From assembly GCF_001899065.1 (NCBI RefSeq), contig NZ_MKUZ01000029.1, forward strand, positions 13,503 to 37,502: a DNA stretch of 24,000 nucleotides, written 5' to 3'. Position numbers and translations under genes: made by a program. Each line of letters opens with the position of its first letter. Position 1 is the first letter of the stretch. The notes under the pieces are model-generated. The model was not told the DNA's origin, ran no database searches, and saw only the letters and a list, made by a program, of their open reading frames with translations. Shown piece by piece: positions 23,461 through 24,000 of this stretch. This DNA comes from Devosia sp. 66-22. Lineage in GTDB: Bacteria; Pseudomonadota; Alphaproteobacteria; Rhizobiales; Devosiaceae.

Positions 23461-24000
23461 ATTGGTAACGAACCACGTTCAGGGCGACTTGCCGGTGTTT
23501 GTTTGGACAATCAGGGGCACGGCCTTCGGCTGGGAGACATGCGCTCGTCCAAGTCTCGTGTGCAACCTGGGTGTCCGTTTATGGCCTAGGGCTCGGGCGA
23601 GCCTAGATCGAGCCCGCAGCCAAGCCGATTCCAATGATTGATAGTGCGACTGCAACGATGCGGGCGGCGCTTTGTGACCCGGTCTCGATAAGCGCAACTC
23701 TTGGCCCTGCCGATTTCGCCTTCGCGCTGGGTGGCTTCCTGCTTGCCGTATGGAAGGCGTCACCCTCGATCGTGGTGCTGGTGTACGCCGCCGGCGGCAT
23801 TGCGCTTGTGACACGGTGAACCAGGGAGCTGCGGGCGGAGGACGCAGACTTCGAGTGGTGACCACTTCTGTCCCGCAGAACGGACTCGGCTAGGGCGAAG
23901 CCGAAGCTCCGCCCCAAGCGTTACCTTATCCAAGGGCCGCCATCTGCAGTTCGGCCGCCTTGCGGTCAATACTCTGCCCGGGATTCTCGACCGGCCTTTC

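Noticed and set aside
23607-23819. Short plus-strand ORF ending ..FALGGFLLAVWKASPSIVVLVYAAGGIALVTR*, which faintly recalls the C-terminal helix of chromate-transporter-like proteins, and the antisense 104-aa ORF at 23603-23917
   Set aside because: It is too short, has moderate GC3 and no clear start or RBS, and the resemblance is from memory only. It could be a gene fragment, but I cannot support a call.
23926-24000. Minus-strand frame open to the window end (..ERPVENPGQSIDRKAAELQMAALG*)
   Set aside because: Only 24 codons are visible, which is too little to tell a real C-terminus from chance.
1-24000. tRNA/rRNA genes, CRISPR arrays and long direct repeats
   Set aside because: Scanning the intergenic regions by eye showed no T-loop-like GGTTCGA(A/T)TCC contexts, no regularly spaced repeats and no rRNA-like segments. 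A covariance-model scan would be needed for certainty.

Overview
High-GC proteobacterial window, probably alphaproteobacterial; all calls come from reading the translations, with no database search. From left to right it contains: (1) the start of a respiratory nitrate reductase locus on the minus strand, with a narG 5' part running off the window and a 916-aa fused NarK1-NarK2 transporter behind a perfect FNR-type box; (2) a cytochrome c'-like gene; (3) a translationally coupled operon of small membrane protein, TetR, two tandem RND adaptor lipoproteins and an RND pump, with no outer-membrane factor gene; (4) a DsbA-like 2-hydroxychromene-2-carboxylate isomerase family gene; (5) a minus-strand nsrR, small membrane protein and TehA/SLAC1-family anion channel cluster, with a highly symmetric divergent promoter; (6) an AraC regulator divergent from a YjjI-type glycyl radical enzyme and its YjjW-type radical-SAM activase; (7) a lower-GC patch of mobile-DNA debris holding an IS481-like transposase remnant, an orphan PilZ gene, traB, traF and a possible traA 3' tail, which abuts and truncates an MBL-fold hydrolase gene at about 21362/21363; (8) an ArsR-rhodanese fusion regulator with a candidate operator, followed by an MFS transporter. 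The best candidate for an undescribed system is the orphan YjjI/YjjW glycyl-radical pair with its own regulator, sitting between nitrate-respiration and NO-sensing genes. The NsrR-linked SLAC1/TehA channel is second. No tRNA, rRNA or CRISPR array was seen.
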